NCBI GenBank assembly: GCA_965223505.1
Contig: CBDCWP010000039.1
Span: 304,523 to 368,522 of the forward strand
From: Planctomycetota bacterium
GTDB taxonomy: Bacteria > Planctomycetota > PLA2 > JAEUHO01
DNA: 64,000 nt
Reading direction: 5' to 3'
The position numbers and the translations under genes are program-made. This document shows positions 48,680 through 59,333 of the stretch, piece after piece. Each line of letters opens with the position of its first letter. Position 1 is the stretch's first letter. Below the pieces are notes generated by a model. That model did not search any database. It had not been told where the DNA came from and saw nothing but the letters and a program-made list of their open reading frames with translations.

Positions 48680-49858
48680 TCACGTGCGGTCTTCCTCGAC
48701 GCACCCGTACGCCACGTATCGGTCCGTCCGCTCCCGCGTGATCACGAGCGTCCCTGCGTTCGGCCCCTTCGGCCTCAACCGCTTGCGCCACGCCTCGACG
48801 GGGTCGTCGACGCCCCGCGTTCGGATCGTCAGCCGCCCGATCGCGTTCACGGTCAGCCAGGCGTTCATCTCCTTCGCCCGCGCCCGCATCACTTCGTCGA
48901 CCCGCATCCACGTCACCGGGATCGGCGCCTCCGGCCGCGTTCCTGTCAGGTAGGCGATCCGCGGATGCACCGGCGCCAGGCCGTGCGCGCGAGCCAGGTC
49001 GCCCACCAGCCCGGCCAACGTGACCGACGGGTCCGGGTCGCCGAGCCACGCACCGGGTCGAACCGAGACCGGATCCGGCCACCGCGCGCCCGCGCCCTCG
49101 ACGAACGCGCCGTCGGGCAGACGCGTCGCGCGGCGCGGCGCGACGTCCGGCCACGCGCCGACGTACAGCCGCCCTTCGCGTGCCCGCCCGCGCAACGCCA
49201 CCACCTCGAACGGCGCCTCGACGGTCTCCGCCAGCTCGCGCACCACCGGGCCGACCTTCACGATCGATGCCGTGAACCCGTCGAGGAGCGCCCGCCAGCG
49301 CTGCAGGGGCGGCTCGAACGCGGCCGCGTCGCGCGTGCGCTTGCCGTCGGGACGCCGGTCGGGATCCAGGAACGCGAGCTCGCCGCTCGGCCGGGCGTCG
49401 AGCACGTCGCCTTCGATCACCTCGATCCGGTCGCTCAGCTCCATCGACGCGATGTTGTGCCGCAGCAGCACGACGCGCGCCGGGTCGCGCTCGTAGGCGA
49501 CGACGCGGCGGCCGGCGGCGGCCGCCGCGAGCGCGTCGAGACCGATGCCCGCACCGAGGTCGTGCAGCACGGCCGACGGCGACGGCCAGCGCCCTGCGCG
49601 TTCGCTCGCCACCGCCCACGCCGACGCTTGCTGCAACGCGCCGGATGTGAAGAGCAGGTTGCTCCCGTCGGGGATCTTCTCATTCGCGCGCCGCCGAAGG
49701 TCGTCTTGGGATAGGAGGATGCGGACGTGCTCGGGAGCGTTGGCACCGCGCAGCGCTTCGATGCGTCGGTGAGGTGGCAAGCCGCGGGTTGCGCGGGCGC
49801 TCTGAAGGCCCGTCCGGCCCTCCGGGCTCACCAGGAAACGTGCGCCTTCCAGGTCCAT
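48680..49858 (-). CDS. Class I SAM-dependent methyltransferase with THUMP-like C-terminus
   Basis: ALQQAS, DLGAGIG, FLDPDRR, DPDPSV. Confidence 0.85.
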   Translation of the reverse strand: MDLEGARFLVSPEGRTGLQSARATRGLPPHRRIEALRGANAPEHVRILLSQDDLRRRANEKIPDGSNLLFTSGALQQASAWAVASERAGRWPSPSAVLHDLGAGIGLDALAAAAAGRRVVAYERDPARVVLLRHNIASMELSDRIEVIEGDVLDARPSGELAFLDPDRRPDGKRTRDAAAFEPPLQRWRALLDGFTASIVKVGPVVRELAETVEAPFEVVALRGRAREGRLYVGAWPDVAPRRATRLPDGAFVEGAGARWPDPVSVRPGAWLGDPDPSVTLAGLVGDLARAHGLAPVHPRIAYLTGTRPEAPIPVTWMRVDEVMRARAKEMNAWLTVNAIGRLTIRTRGVDDPVEAWRKRLRPKGPNAGTLVITRERTDRYVAYGCVEEDRT

Positions 49859-49940
49859 CTTCCCATCGTAATTCCCTTTGCTGAAAGGCCTTAGGGGATT
49901 CGGTGACGGACCGGGCCTGGGCTGGCCGATAGGATTCGTA

Positions 49941-52382
49941 GTGGTGGATTCCGAAAACAGCGTTCCGTTCGAACACACCGACATCCCCGAGACGCTTCCG
50001 GGGCTGCGGTTGGCGACCACCGTCGTCTTCCCGTTCGACGTGGTCTCCGTTCAGCTCGACCGCCCGCGCAGCATGCGGATGATCGACGACAACGCCGGCG
50101 ACGCCACGCTCGTCGCGTGCTTCTTCCCGCGCGATCCCGAGAAGACCGACGCCGCCACCAAGGACGACTTCCACTCGGTCGGCGTCGCCTGCCGCGTGAT
50201 CCACCGCATGAACATGCCCAACGAGACGGTGCAGGTCGTCTTCCAGGGCCTGCGCCGCATCCGGCTCCTCGACGTGAGGCAGTCGCAGCCGTATCTCGAG
50301 TTCCGCGTCGAGGCCGAAGACGAGCGTGATCCGCGCGGCGCCGACGTCGACGGGCTGATCTACCGCTGCATGGAGATGGTGGACCAGCTCGTCAAGGCCG
50401 AGGGCGGGTACCCGCCGGAGATGGTCAACATCCTGCGCATGAACATCGCCGGCGCGGGCCGCTTCGCCGATCTGGTCGGCGCGCACATCAACCTGGGGCT
50501 CGACGTGAAGCGGCGCATCGCCGCGACGGAGAGCGTGCGCGAGCGCCTGCGCATCGTCGAGGACGTGCTGGCCGAGGCGCTGGCCCGCGTCGAGATCGAA
50601 GGCGAGGTCGCGCAGAAGGTCAAGGTCGACATCGACAAGCGCCAGCGCGAGCACCTCTTGCGCACCCAGCTCAAGACGATTCGCAAGGAGCTCGGCATCG
50701 ATGCGGAGTCCGAGGACGACATCCTCGAGCTGCGCGAGCAGCTGAGCGACGCCGAGCTGCCCGAGGAGGTCGAGAAGATCGCGCTGCGCGAGGTCGATCG
50801 CCTGGCGGCGATGACGCCGGCGGCCGCCGAATACAACGTCATCCGCACCTACGTCGCGTGGATTCTCGATCTGCCGTGGGCGGCGCCCAAGCGCCCGAAG
50901 GTCAATCTCACGAAGGCCAAGCGCGTCCTCGATCGTGATCACTACGGGCTCGAAGACGTGAAACAGCGCATTCTCGAGTTTCTCGCGGTGCGACGCCTGA
51001 ACGAGGACCACGCCGCGTCCGTGCTGTGCCTCGCGGGGCCGCCCGGTGTCGGCAAGACCAGCCTCGGCCGCAGCATCGCCGAGGCGATGGGGCGTGAGTT
51101 CGTGCGCGTCTCGGTCGGCGGCATGCGCGACGAGGCCGAGGTCAAGGGACACCGGCGCACGTACGTCGGCGCCATGCCCGGCAAGATCCTCCAGGCGCTC
51201 AAGCGAGTGAACGAGCCGGACCCCGTCTTCGTGATCGACGAGATCGACAAGATGGGATCCGACCACCGCGGCGACCCGTCGAGCGCGATGCTCGAGGTCC
51301 TCGATCCCGAGCAGAACGACGCCTTCGTCGACCACTACCTGGACCTGCCGTTCGATCTGTCGCACGTGTTCTTCGTGTGCACGGCGAACATGCTCGAGAA
51401 CATCCCGGGTCCCTTGCGCGATCGCATGGAGATCGTGCGGTTGTCCGGCTACACGCGGTTGGAGAAGTTCGAGATCGCGCGACGGCACATCGTGCCGAAG
51501 GTGCTGAAGGAGAACGGGCTCACGCGCCAGCGGCTCGCGATCTCGGACGACGGCCTGCGCCTGCTCGTCGACAGCTACACGCGCGAGGCCGGCGTGCGCG
51601 AGCTGCAGCGCCAGCTCGGCCGCATCTGCCGCCGGCGTGCGCTCGAGGTCGCGACCGGCGGCAAGAAGGCGCCGAAACGCGTCGTGCTCGATCCGAAGTA
51701 CGTCGAGGCCGTGCTGGGGCCGCCCGTCTACGAGACCGCGACGCGAGCGCGCTCGGCGCAGGTCGGTGTCGCGTCCGGCCTGGCCTGGACCCCGACCGGC
51801 GGCGACCTGCTCCTGTTCGAGTCGACGCTGGTCCCGGGGAGCGGCAACCTCAAGGTGACCGGACGGCTCGGCGACGTGATGAAGGAGAGCTGCGAGGCCG
51901 CGCTCTCGTACGTGCGCTCCATCGCCGAGCAGCTCGAGATCGACGGACAGCAGTTCGAGAAGTACGACATCCACATGCACGTGCCGGACGGGGCGACGCC
52001 GAAGGACGGCCCGAGCGCCGGCGTGACGATCGCGACGTGCCTGGCGAGCCTGCTGACCGGCAAGCCCGCGCGCGCGGACATCGCCATGACGGGTGAGATC
52101 ACGCTCAAGGGCAACGTGCTGCCGGTGGGGGGCATCAAGGAGAAGGTGCTCGCCGCCCACCGCGCCGGGATCAAGCAGGTGCTGCTGCCGCACGCCAACC
52201 GCAAGGACGTGGCCAAGATCCCCGAAGAGGTGCGCGACGAGCTCGACATCACCTTCACCGAGAACGCCCGCCGCAACATCGAGGCGGCGCTCATGCCGAT
52301 CTACCTGCCGGACGCGCGCCGGCAGCCGCCCGCCGTGCCGCCGGCCGCGGACGAAGGGACCGGCGCCTCCGCGGCGCTCTAG
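49941..52382 (+). CDS. lon: Lon protease (endopeptidase La)
   Basis: GPPGVGKT Walker A, IDEIDK, PKDGPSAG catalytic Ser, GGIKEK. Confidence 0.97.
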   Translation: MVDSENSVPFEHTDIPETLPGLRLATTVVFPFDVVSVQLDRPRSMRMIDDNAGDATLVACFFPRDPEKTDAATKDDFHSVGVACRVIHRMNMPNETVQVVFQGLRRIRLLDVRQSQPYLEFRVEAEDERDPRGADVDGLIYRCMEMVDQLVKAEGGYPPEMVNILRMNIAGAGRFADLVGAHINLGLDVKRRIAATESVRERLRIVEDVLAEALARVEIEGEVAQKVKVDIDKRQREHLLRTQLKTIRKELGIDAESEDDILELREQLSDAELPEEVEKIALREVDRLAAMTPAAAEYNVIRTYVAWILDLPWAAPKRPKVNLTKAKRVLDRDHYGLEDVKQRILEFLAVRRLNEDHAASVLCLAGPPGVGKTSLGRSIAEAMGREFVRVSVGGMRDEAEVKGHRRTYVGAMPGKILQALKRVNEPDPVFVIDEIDKMGSDHRGDPSSAMLEVLDPEQNDAFVDHYLDLPFDLSHVFFVCTANMLENIPGPLRDRMEIVRLSGYTRLEKFEIARRHIVPKVLKENGLTRQRLAISDDGLRLLVDSYTREAGVRELQRQLGRICRRRALEVATGGKKAPKRVVLDPKYVEAVLGPPVYETATRARSAQVGVASGLAWTPTGGDLLLFESTLVPGSGNLKVTGRLGDVMKESCEAALSYVRSIAEQLEIDGQQFEKYDIHMHVPDGATPKDGPSAGVTIATCLASLLTGKPARADIAMTGEITLKGNVLPVGGIKEKVLAAHRAGIKQVLLPHANRKDVAKIPEEVRDELDITFTENARRNIEAALMPIYLPDARRQPPAVPPAADEGTGASAAL

Positions 52383-52457
52383 CGCCGCTGCGAGTATCCT
52401 CCGACCGCGTGCGAATTCCGTCGGGATGATCCCGTGCGGGCTGCACGTTGGATCGTC

Positions 52458-54440
52458 ATGACCGCGAAGCACGCACGCCGCCCTTTCCTCCTCGCGCTCC
52501 TCTTCGGCGCCGTCGTCGGCCTCTCGACGGGCGGGTGCGGTGATCCGCCGTCGGACGACGCGGACGCGCCGGCGAACGACACGCCCGCGCCCGTCGTCGA
52601 CGCGGGACCGACCAAGATCCGCTTCACCGACGTCACGAAGCTCTGCGGCATCACGTCCCGCAACCACTCGGGCCGCGAAGGCGTGAAGGAGTTCCTCATC
52701 GAGGCGGTGGGGCCCGGGCCCGCGTGGCTCGACTTCAACAACGACGGGCTGCTCGACGTGTTCATCCCGGACGGCGACGTCTTCAGCAACTACGAGCTGC
52801 ATCTCGTCGGGGATCCGCAGCGTCCGATCCTGATCGCCAAGGAGAATCGAGCCGAGGCGTTTCACGACCACCTGTGGCGCAACAACGGCGACGGCACGTT
52901 CGACAACGTCACCGAGGCCGCGGGCATCGTCGACGAAGACTGGTCGTTCGGCGCGACCGCGTACGACTTCGACGCCGACGGCGACACCGACATCTACGTG
53001 TCGAACTACGGCAAGAACCGTATGTGGCGCAACGAGGGCAACGGCCGCTTCGTCGACGTCGCGGAGAGCCTGGGCGTGCAGGGCGATCCGGGCACCTGGT
53101 CGACCTGCGCCGGCGTCGGCGACCTGGACGGCGACGACCGCCTCGATCTGTTCGTCGCCGCCTACGCCGATCCCGCCTTCGAGGTGAACCGCCAGCGCGA
53201 GGAGCGCGGCCTGCCGCTCGGCACCCCGGTCGAGGCGATCTCGGGCCGTTCGTGCCTGTGGCGTTCCGTTCGGGCGTACTGCGGACCGCTCGGTCTGGCC
53301 GGCCAGCACGACACCGCGTTCCGCCAGCTCGAGGACGGGACCTACGAGGACGTCACCGATCGGTGGCGGATGCGCCCGCGCGTACCGCAGTACGGCTTCA
53401 CGGTGCTGATCTTCGACTTCAACGAGGACGGCCTGCCCGACGTGTTCGTCGCGAACGACTCCGTCGAGAACCACATGTGGCAGCAGGAGCGCGATCCGAA
53501 GGGCCGCGCGGTGTTCCGTGAGACGTCGGACTACCTGGGCATCAAGTACGGCCAGAAGCTCGACCCGCAGGCGAGCATGGGCATGTTCGTCGGTGACATC
53601 AACCTCGACGGCTTCTTCGACATCTTCATCACCAATTTCAGCCACGACTACAACAACATCCACTTCGGCCGCCGTGTCGGTGGCGAGGGCGGCACGCACT
53701 ACTTCAAGGACCGCGGCCTGCAGATCATGGGACAGCCGGTCTTCTACGACCTCTCCTGGGGCTGCGGTTGGTACGACTTCGAGAACGACCGTGACCTGGA
53801 CCTCTATTACGCCAACGGGCACGTGTACAAGGAGATCGATCTGCAGGAGAAGGCCGGCGTGAGCTATCAGCAGCTCAATGCCTTGTTCGAGTGCATCGAC
53901 GCGCGCAAGAACGTCTATCGGGAGATCGGCGCGAAGGCCGAGAAGAACCCGCCGAAGGGCGTGGACCCGAAGGATCTCTGGGCCGGCGACGGCATGCACG
54001 TGATGGAGTGCTCGCGCGCAGCGGCGTTCGCGGACTTCAACAACGACGGGTTGATGGACGTCCTGATCGGCAACCTGAACGGCGTGTCGACGATGCTGCT
54101 GAACACGTCGGAGGTCGGTCCGGACAACAACTGGGTGAAGATCGTGCTCGAGCAGGAGGGCATGAACCGCGAGGCGCTGGGCGCGGTGATCGAGGTGACG
54201 GCAGGCGGGCTGACGCAGCGCTTCCCGGTCCTGCGGCAGACGTCGTTCCTGGGGACGGACGATCCGCGGCTGCACGTGGGGCTGGGCGCGGAGCGGACCT
54301 GCGACGTGCGAGTCATCTGGCCGGGCCAGGCGCGCGAGCGCACCGAGTACACGGGGTTGAAGGCCGGCACGATGTGGAAGCTCCATCGCACGGGCGCGAA
54401 GGCGGAGGAAGTGAAGCTCAAGCGGTTCGACGTCCGGTAA
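52458..54440 (+). CDS. CRTAC1-family FG-GAP repeat / ASPIC-UnbV lipoprotein
   Basis: Repeated DxxxDGxxD motifs, LHVGLG, V.WP UnbV tail. Confidence 0.92.
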   Translation: MTAKHARRPFLLALLFGAVVGLSTGGCGDPPSDDADAPANDTPAPVVDAGPTKIRFTDVTKLCGITSRNHSGREGVKEFLIEAVGPGPAWLDFNNDGLLDVFIPDGDVFSNYELHLVGDPQRPILIAKENRAEAFHDHLWRNNGDGTFDNVTEAAGIVDEDWSFGATAYDFDADGDTDIYVSNYGKNRMWRNEGNGRFVDVAESLGVQGDPGTWSTCAGVGDLDGDDRLDLFVAAYADPAFEVNRQREERGLPLGTPVEAISGRSCLWRSVRAYCGPLGLAGQHDTAFRQLEDGTYEDVTDRWRMRPRVPQYGFTVLIFDFNEDGLPDVFVANDSVENHMWQQERDPKGRAVFRETSDYLGIKYGQKLDPQASMGMFVGDINLDGFFDIFITNFSHDYNNIHFGRRVGGEGGTHYFKDRGLQIMGQPVFYDLSWGCGWYDFENDRDLDLYYANGHVYKEIDLQEKAGVSYQQLNALFECIDARKNVYREIGAKAEKNPPKGVDPKDLWAGDGMHVMECSRAAAFADFNNDGLMDVLIGNLNGVSTMLLNTSEVGPDNNWVKIVLEQEGMNREALGAVIEVTAGGLTQRFPVLRQTSFLGTDDPRLHVGLGAERTCDVRVIWPGQARERTEYTGLKAGTMWKLHRTGAKAEEVKLKRFDVR

Positions 54441-54585
54441 GGGCGGCGCGAGGCCGCGCCCGCGACGGTCGCCCTCGGGCGGTGCGTCCGATCGACGGCG
54501 CCGGTGTCCCGCGTGTTCGCGCTCCCGTCCAACGCCCCACGGTTTCCCTTCGTTCTGGGCCGCCGACGCCGTTCAATGACGGCCT

Positions 54586-54984
54586 ATGGACCTCATGAGC
54601 TCAGCGCTGCCGATCGGCGCCCTCGCCGAGTACGTGCCCGTGCTCGCGATGCTGATCTTCGCGATCTCGTTCGCGGCCCTGAACCTGGTGCTCTCGTTCG
54701 TTCTGGGCAAGAAGGCGCCGCACAACCCGGTCAAGGACGCCGCGTACGAGTGCGGCATGCCGCCGATCTCGGACGCCCACCAGCGCTTCAGCGTGAAGTT
54801 CTACCTGGTCGCGATCCTGTTCGTGCTCTTCGACATCGAGGTCGTCTTCCTGTACCCGTGGGCCGTTCGCTTCGACGCGATGCCCGCGTTCCTGTTCGTC
54901 GAGATGCTGATCTTCATCGGCATCCTGTTCCTGGGCTGGTGGTACGTCATCCGCAAGGGCGCGCTAGACTGGGCGCAGGAGTAG
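54586..54984 (+). CDS. nuoA: NADH-quinone oxidoreductase subunit A
   Basis: [19 protein letters not shown]. Confidence 0.96.
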   Translation: MDLMSSALPIGALAEYVPVLAMLIFAISFAALNLVLSFVLGKKAPHNPVKDAAYECGMPPISDAHQRFSVKFYLVAILFVLFDIEVVFLYPWAVRFDAMPAFLFVEMLIFIGILFLGWWYVIRKGALDWAQE

Positions 54985-54986
54985 CC

Positions 54987-55658
54987 ATGAGCGAGACGCA
55001 GACCGCCGACATGCTCGAGGCCAGCGGCAGCAGCGAGGGCTCGTTCCTGCTCAGCACCGTCCAGGCCATGGCCAACTGGAGCCGCAAGAACAGCGTGTGG
55101 CCGCTTCCGCTGGGCCTCTCGTGCTGCGGTATCGAGTTCATGGCCACCGCGGCGAGCCGCTACGACATGGCGCGCTTCGGCATGGAGGTCGCCCGGTTCT
55201 CGCCCCGGCAGGCCGACCTGCTGCTCGTGGCGGGCACGCTCACCTACAAGATGGCCCAGGTGATGACGCGCCTCTACGACCAGATGGCGGAGCCCAAGTG
55301 GGTCATCGCCATGGGCGCCTGCGCGTCCTCGGGCGGCATGTTCCGCTCGTATCCCGTCGTGCAGGGCATCGACGAGTTCATTCCGGTCGATTTCTACATC
55401 CCCGGCTGCCCGCCGCGCCCGGACGCCGTGCTGACCTGTCTGCTCGAGCTCCAGAAGAAGATCGACAAGGACCGCTCGTACCAGCTCACGCTCGAGACGC
55501 CCGAGGTCACCACCTCGGTGGCGGTCGAGGAGCGGCCCATCCTGCCCGGATTCGGGGAGGGCCCGGCGATGGCGCTGCAGACCGACGACGAGCACTTCGG
55601 CGACGAAGGCCTCTCGAAGCGTGCTTTCCGGGGCATCAAGCCCGAGGAACAGAGGTAG
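54987..55658 (+). CDS. nuoB: NADH-quinone oxidoreductase subunit B
   Basis: [21 protein letters not shown]. Confidence 0.97.
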   Translation: MSETQTADMLEASGSSEGSFLLSTVQAMANWSRKNSVWPLPLGLSCCGIEFMATAASRYDMARFGMEVARFSPRQADLLLVAGTLTYKMAQVMTRLYDQMAEPKWVIAMGACASSGGMFRSYPVVQGIDEFIPVDFYIPGCPPRPDAVLTCLLELQKKIDKDRSYQLTLETPEVTTSVAVEERPILPGFGEGPAMALQTDDEHFGDEGLSKRAFRGIKPEEQR

Positions 55659-55668
55659 CCGCGCCGCC

Positions 55669-56211
55669 ATGCAGACGCTGACGCAGAGTTGCATCTCGTA
55701 CGGGAGCGAGCCGCCGGAGGGCGTGGCGGACGCCACGATCAAGGCGCTCGAGCCGTTCGACGTCCGGTGGTCGGGCGCGGGCATCGTCGAAGACGGCAAG
55801 GCCGAGCATCCCAACGCCGCGCAGTTTCCGGGCGTCTTGATTCCCCGCGAACAGTGGTTCGATGCCGTGCGGTCGCTCAAGGAGCAGGCCGGCTTCATCA
55901 TGCTGACCGATCACACGGCGGTGGACTATCCGGGGCGCGACCCGCGGTTCACGGTGGTGGGGGTGTTGCTGAACCTGGAGACCCAGGACCGCCTGATTGC
56001 GAAGACCCGCGTGGCGGAAGGTGAGTCGGTGGCGTCCCTGGCGTCGCTCTGGGCGTCGGCGGACTGGGCCGAGCGCGAGACGTACGACATGTTCGGCATC
56101 GCCTTCGACGGGCATCCGGACCTGACGCGCATCTACATGCCCCAGGACTATGACGGGTGGCCGATGCGCAAGGACTTCCCGCTCCAAGGTCATCTGCGTT
56201 TCCAGGATTAG
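55669..56211 (+). CDS. nuoC: NADH-quinone oxidoreductase subunit C
   Basis: [29 protein letters not shown]. Confidence 0.95.
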   Translation: MQTLTQSCISYGSEPPEGVADATIKALEPFDVRWSGAGIVEDGKAEHPNAAQFPGVLIPREQWFDAVRSLKEQAGFIMLTDHTAVDYPGRDPRFTVVGVLLNLETQDRLIAKTRVAEGESVASLASLWASADWAERETYDMFGIAFDGHPDLTRIYMPQDYDGWPMRKDFPLQGHLRFQD

Positions 56212-58590
56212 CGGCCGCGCGGCAGCAACCGACAGCCACCCGCCATCGTGTTCAAAAGGAGGGCAGAGCCCCCCTTTCGGGCTCGCGGCGCTCGCCCTAA
56301 CCCCCACCTGGACGGGTGGCCGATGCGCAAGGACTTCCCGCTCCAAGGTCATCTGCGTTTCCAGGATTAGCGGCCGCGCGGCAGCAACCGACAGCCACCC
56401 GCCATCGTGTTCAAAAGGAGGGCAGAGCCCCCCTTTCGGGCTCGCGGCGCTCGCCCTAACCCCCACCTGGACGGGTGGCCGATGCGCAAGGACTTCCCGC
56501 TCCAAGGTCATCTGCGTTTCCAGGATTAGCGGCCGCGCGGCAGCAACCGACAGCCACCCGCCATCGTGTTCAAAAGGAGGGCAGAGCCCCCCTTTCGGGC
56601 TCGCGGCGCTCGCCCTAACCCCCACCTGGACGGGTGGCCGATGCGCAAGGACTTCCCGCTCCAAGGTCATCTGCGTTTCCAGGATTAGCGGCCGCGCGGC
56701 AGCAACCGACAGCCACCCGCCATCGTGTTCAAAAGGAGGGCAGAGCGCTGGTTGCGCATCTGGCCGTCAACTTAGGTGAGGAGGCCCCCGCGGGGCACCT
56801 GATGTGCGTGGCGGCAGTTCCGCTCCATCGTCCGCCGCCAGTCCGGCCGGCAGGTGTCGCGGGGTGCCGGATTGCCGCGGGTCTTGTCGGCGAGGATCCT
56901 CCAAAGTGGCACTTGGAGGCAGCAGGCGTCATGCGCTGTGGCAACCTGCGAGCTTCACTCCGGGGTTCGCGCGCTCGGTGTTTCGGGAACCCCTTCGTTG
57001 AGAGTGTGAGCCTTCGGGCCGGCTCGAGTTTGCCCAACGCCACCAGGATGCTTCGCCTCGGAGCGCGGCTCGACAGCATCCTGATCCTGCGCGATGGCTC
57101 GAACCTGGGCGATGCCATCGCGGCGTGTGAAGATCACGATCGCGGAGGAGTACGGCAACGCCGATCCCCGCGTTCGCGTTGCTCGCGTGCTACGACCTCA
57201 TGCGAGGCAGCCTGGCCGATCTGCGCTACGCCCATGACGTTGAAGAACAGGCGAGCTCGACCTCCCAGCGATCGGCGTAGGCTGCTCGCGAGCTCCGCTG
57301 CAAGGCAGCTCTGGTTCCGGGGACCGTCTGGCTACGGAACACCGTAAGTCTTCTCTCCCAGCGAGAGCCCAAGAAGCTAGCCTTTAGCCGCAAGGGTGGT
57401 TTCGGCGCCAGCGTGACATGCTCATGTGGAGGTGCCTTGGAGCAGTTGCGCCTACGGCGCCGTAGGCGCACGCTGCCAGGACAAAGTCCGTCACGTGCAC
57501 CTCGGCACATGCAAGCCAGGCTGGCGCCGAAACACCCCGTAAAGGCTAGATTCGGCTCTCGCTGGGAGAGAAGACCTACGAGTTCGCAACCAACGTCCTG
57601 GATCCCCGAGCGCCAGGCTGCCCTTGCGGAGATCTGCCCGAGCACTGTACGCCGATCGCGGAAAGGTCGAGCTCGCGCATGTTCTACGACGTCAAGGAGA
57701 GTAGCGCAACGGCCATCGCTTCCCTCGCAAGGTCATCTGCGTTTCGCGGCATTAGCGGCCGCGATCGGCGTTGCCGCGTGATCTTCAAACGCCGCGCTAC
57801 GGGATCGAGGTTCGAGCCATCCAGGATCAGGATGCGGTCGCCACCTCAGCCATCGTGTTGGGCAAAAGGAGGGCAGAGCCCCCCGAAACACCTTCAAGCC
57901 CGTCCGAAGAGCTCACATCGAAACACCTTCGCGAAGAACTCCCATGCAGGTTGCCACTCGCGAAGCGCTGGTTGGAGGTTTCCACCGCCGCGGGTATCGC
58001 GGACGACCCCCCAGCCGCCTCTCGAGGGAGCGCTTGGCTGAGCCGACCTCAGGCCACCGCCCGCAAGATCACAGCTGTCCAGACGCCACCCTGTTGCAGC
58101 TCCAGACGCGCTCGCGCTCGCCATCTCGGAGTCCTGCGCAACGCAGCCGCCACCAGCGACTGCGTTCCAGGTGCTCATGGAGCGCGGCCACAGCAACCGA
58201 TCATCTCGATTGGCCTTCGCCACCCGCCATCGTGTTCAAGCGGCCTAAATTGACGGCGATGGGGCAGAGCCCCCCTTTCGGGCTCGCGGCGCTCGCCCTA
58301 ACCCCCACCTGGACGGGTGGCCGATGCGCAAGGACTTCCCGCTCCAAGGTCATCTGCGTTTCCAGGATTAGCGGCCGCGCGGCAGCAACCGACAGCCACC
58401 CGCCATCGTGTTCAAAAGGAGGGCAGAGCCCCCCTTTCGGGCTCGCGGCGCTCGCCCTAACCCCCACCTGGACGGGTGGCCGATGCGCAAGGACTTCCCG
58501 CTCCAAGGTCATCTGCGTTTCCAGGATTAGCGGCCGCGCGGCAGCAACCGACAGCCACCCGCCATCGTGTTCAAAAGGGGGGCAGAGCCC
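56152..58590 (+). repeat. 159-bp tandem array of the nuoC 3' end plus downstream hairpin, interrupted by a ~1.5-kb insert
   Basis: Units start at 56152, 56311, 56470, 56629 (partial), 58312 and 58471 (partial). Confidence 0.95.
56763..58257. repeat. Large degenerate inverted repeat centred at 57458/57459
   Basis: 24-bp perfect central palindrome 57447-57470 and nested arm matches outward. Confidence 0.85.
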
Positions 58591-58597
58591 AGGCCGC

Positions 58598-58688
58598 ACC
58601 CACTCCCGAACCCGCTCCCGTCCCGCTGCCGATCCCGCTCCCGCACCCACTCCCGCTCCCGCTCCCGCTCCCGATCCCGCTCCCCCGA
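58598..58688. repeat. (CCCGCT/CCCGAT/CCCACT)n hexamer tract
   Basis: Direct inspection. Confidence 0.8.
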
Positions 58689-58696
58689 ATCACGCT

Positions 58697-59188
58697 CTGT
58701 GCACGGCCCCGGGCGCCGGCGATCATCGCGACGACCAGCCGACCATCCGCCCCAACGAGGACGACGACTTCGAGCCGACCGTGACGCTGTGGCGCGCGGT
58801 CGCGGCGGCGACGTACACGTTCTTTCCGCCCGCGCTGCAACACACCGAGGCGGAGGATCGCGCGTACTTCAGCGATCACATCGCGACGAACGAGGTCTGG
58901 GTGGCCGAGGAAGACACCGGCATCGTGGCGTTCATGGCCCTCGAGGGCGACCTGCTGGACCGGCTGTACGTCGCGGTCGATCGGCAGCGACAGGGCATCG
59001 GCCTGGCGCTGCTCGAACAGGTGAAGGCGCGGCGGCCAAACGGCCTGCGCCTCTTCACCCACCAGGCCAACACCGGCGCCCGCCGTTTCTACGAGGCGCA
59101 CGGATTCGAGGCCGTCCGCTTGGGCCTGAGTCCGCCCCCGGAGCGCCTCCCCGACGTCGAGTACCGCTGGCCCGCCGGCGGCGATTGA
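58697..59188 (+). CDS. GNAT acetyltransferase (start codon unresolved)
   Basis: LDRLYV..RQRQGIG..LL, NTGARRFYEAHGF, PDVEYRW. Confidence 0.85.
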   Translation: MCTAPGAGDHRDDQPTIRPNEDDDFEPTVTLWRAVAAATYTFFPPALQHTEAEDRAYFSDHIATNEVWVAEEDTGIVAFMALEGDLLDRLYVAVDRQRQGIGLALLEQVKARRPNGLRLFTHQANTGARRFYEAHGFEAVRLGLSPPPERLPDVEYRWPAGGD

Positions 59189-59333
59189 CTGGCCGTTTCC
59201 AGCTTTTCCGCCCCCCGTCTCCCGCCGCCGGTTTCTTGTCCCAACCCGCCCCGTACACCTTTTCGGGGTCTGCCGTCCCGCACGTAAAGTTGCGCGCGAC
59301 TGTCTCCCGTTTCGGTCCTCACGCGAGACCCTC

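Noticed and set aside
49680..54386. 1568-aa minus-strand ORF and similar long antisense ORFs (31492-33570, 33464-35281, 44061-46700)
   Set aside because: Shadow frames of high-GC genes (lon, CRTAC1, groEL, ABC transporter) on the opposite strand.
55636..56779. Repetitive ORFs 55636-56670 (-), 56150-56779 (+) and 58201-58650 (-)
   Set aside because: By-products of a 159-bp (53-codon) DNA repeat with stop-free frames; no RBS or protein-like composition.
56152..58590. CRISPR array
   Set aside because: Units are 159-bp near-identical tandem copies with no unique spacers, and no cas genes are present.
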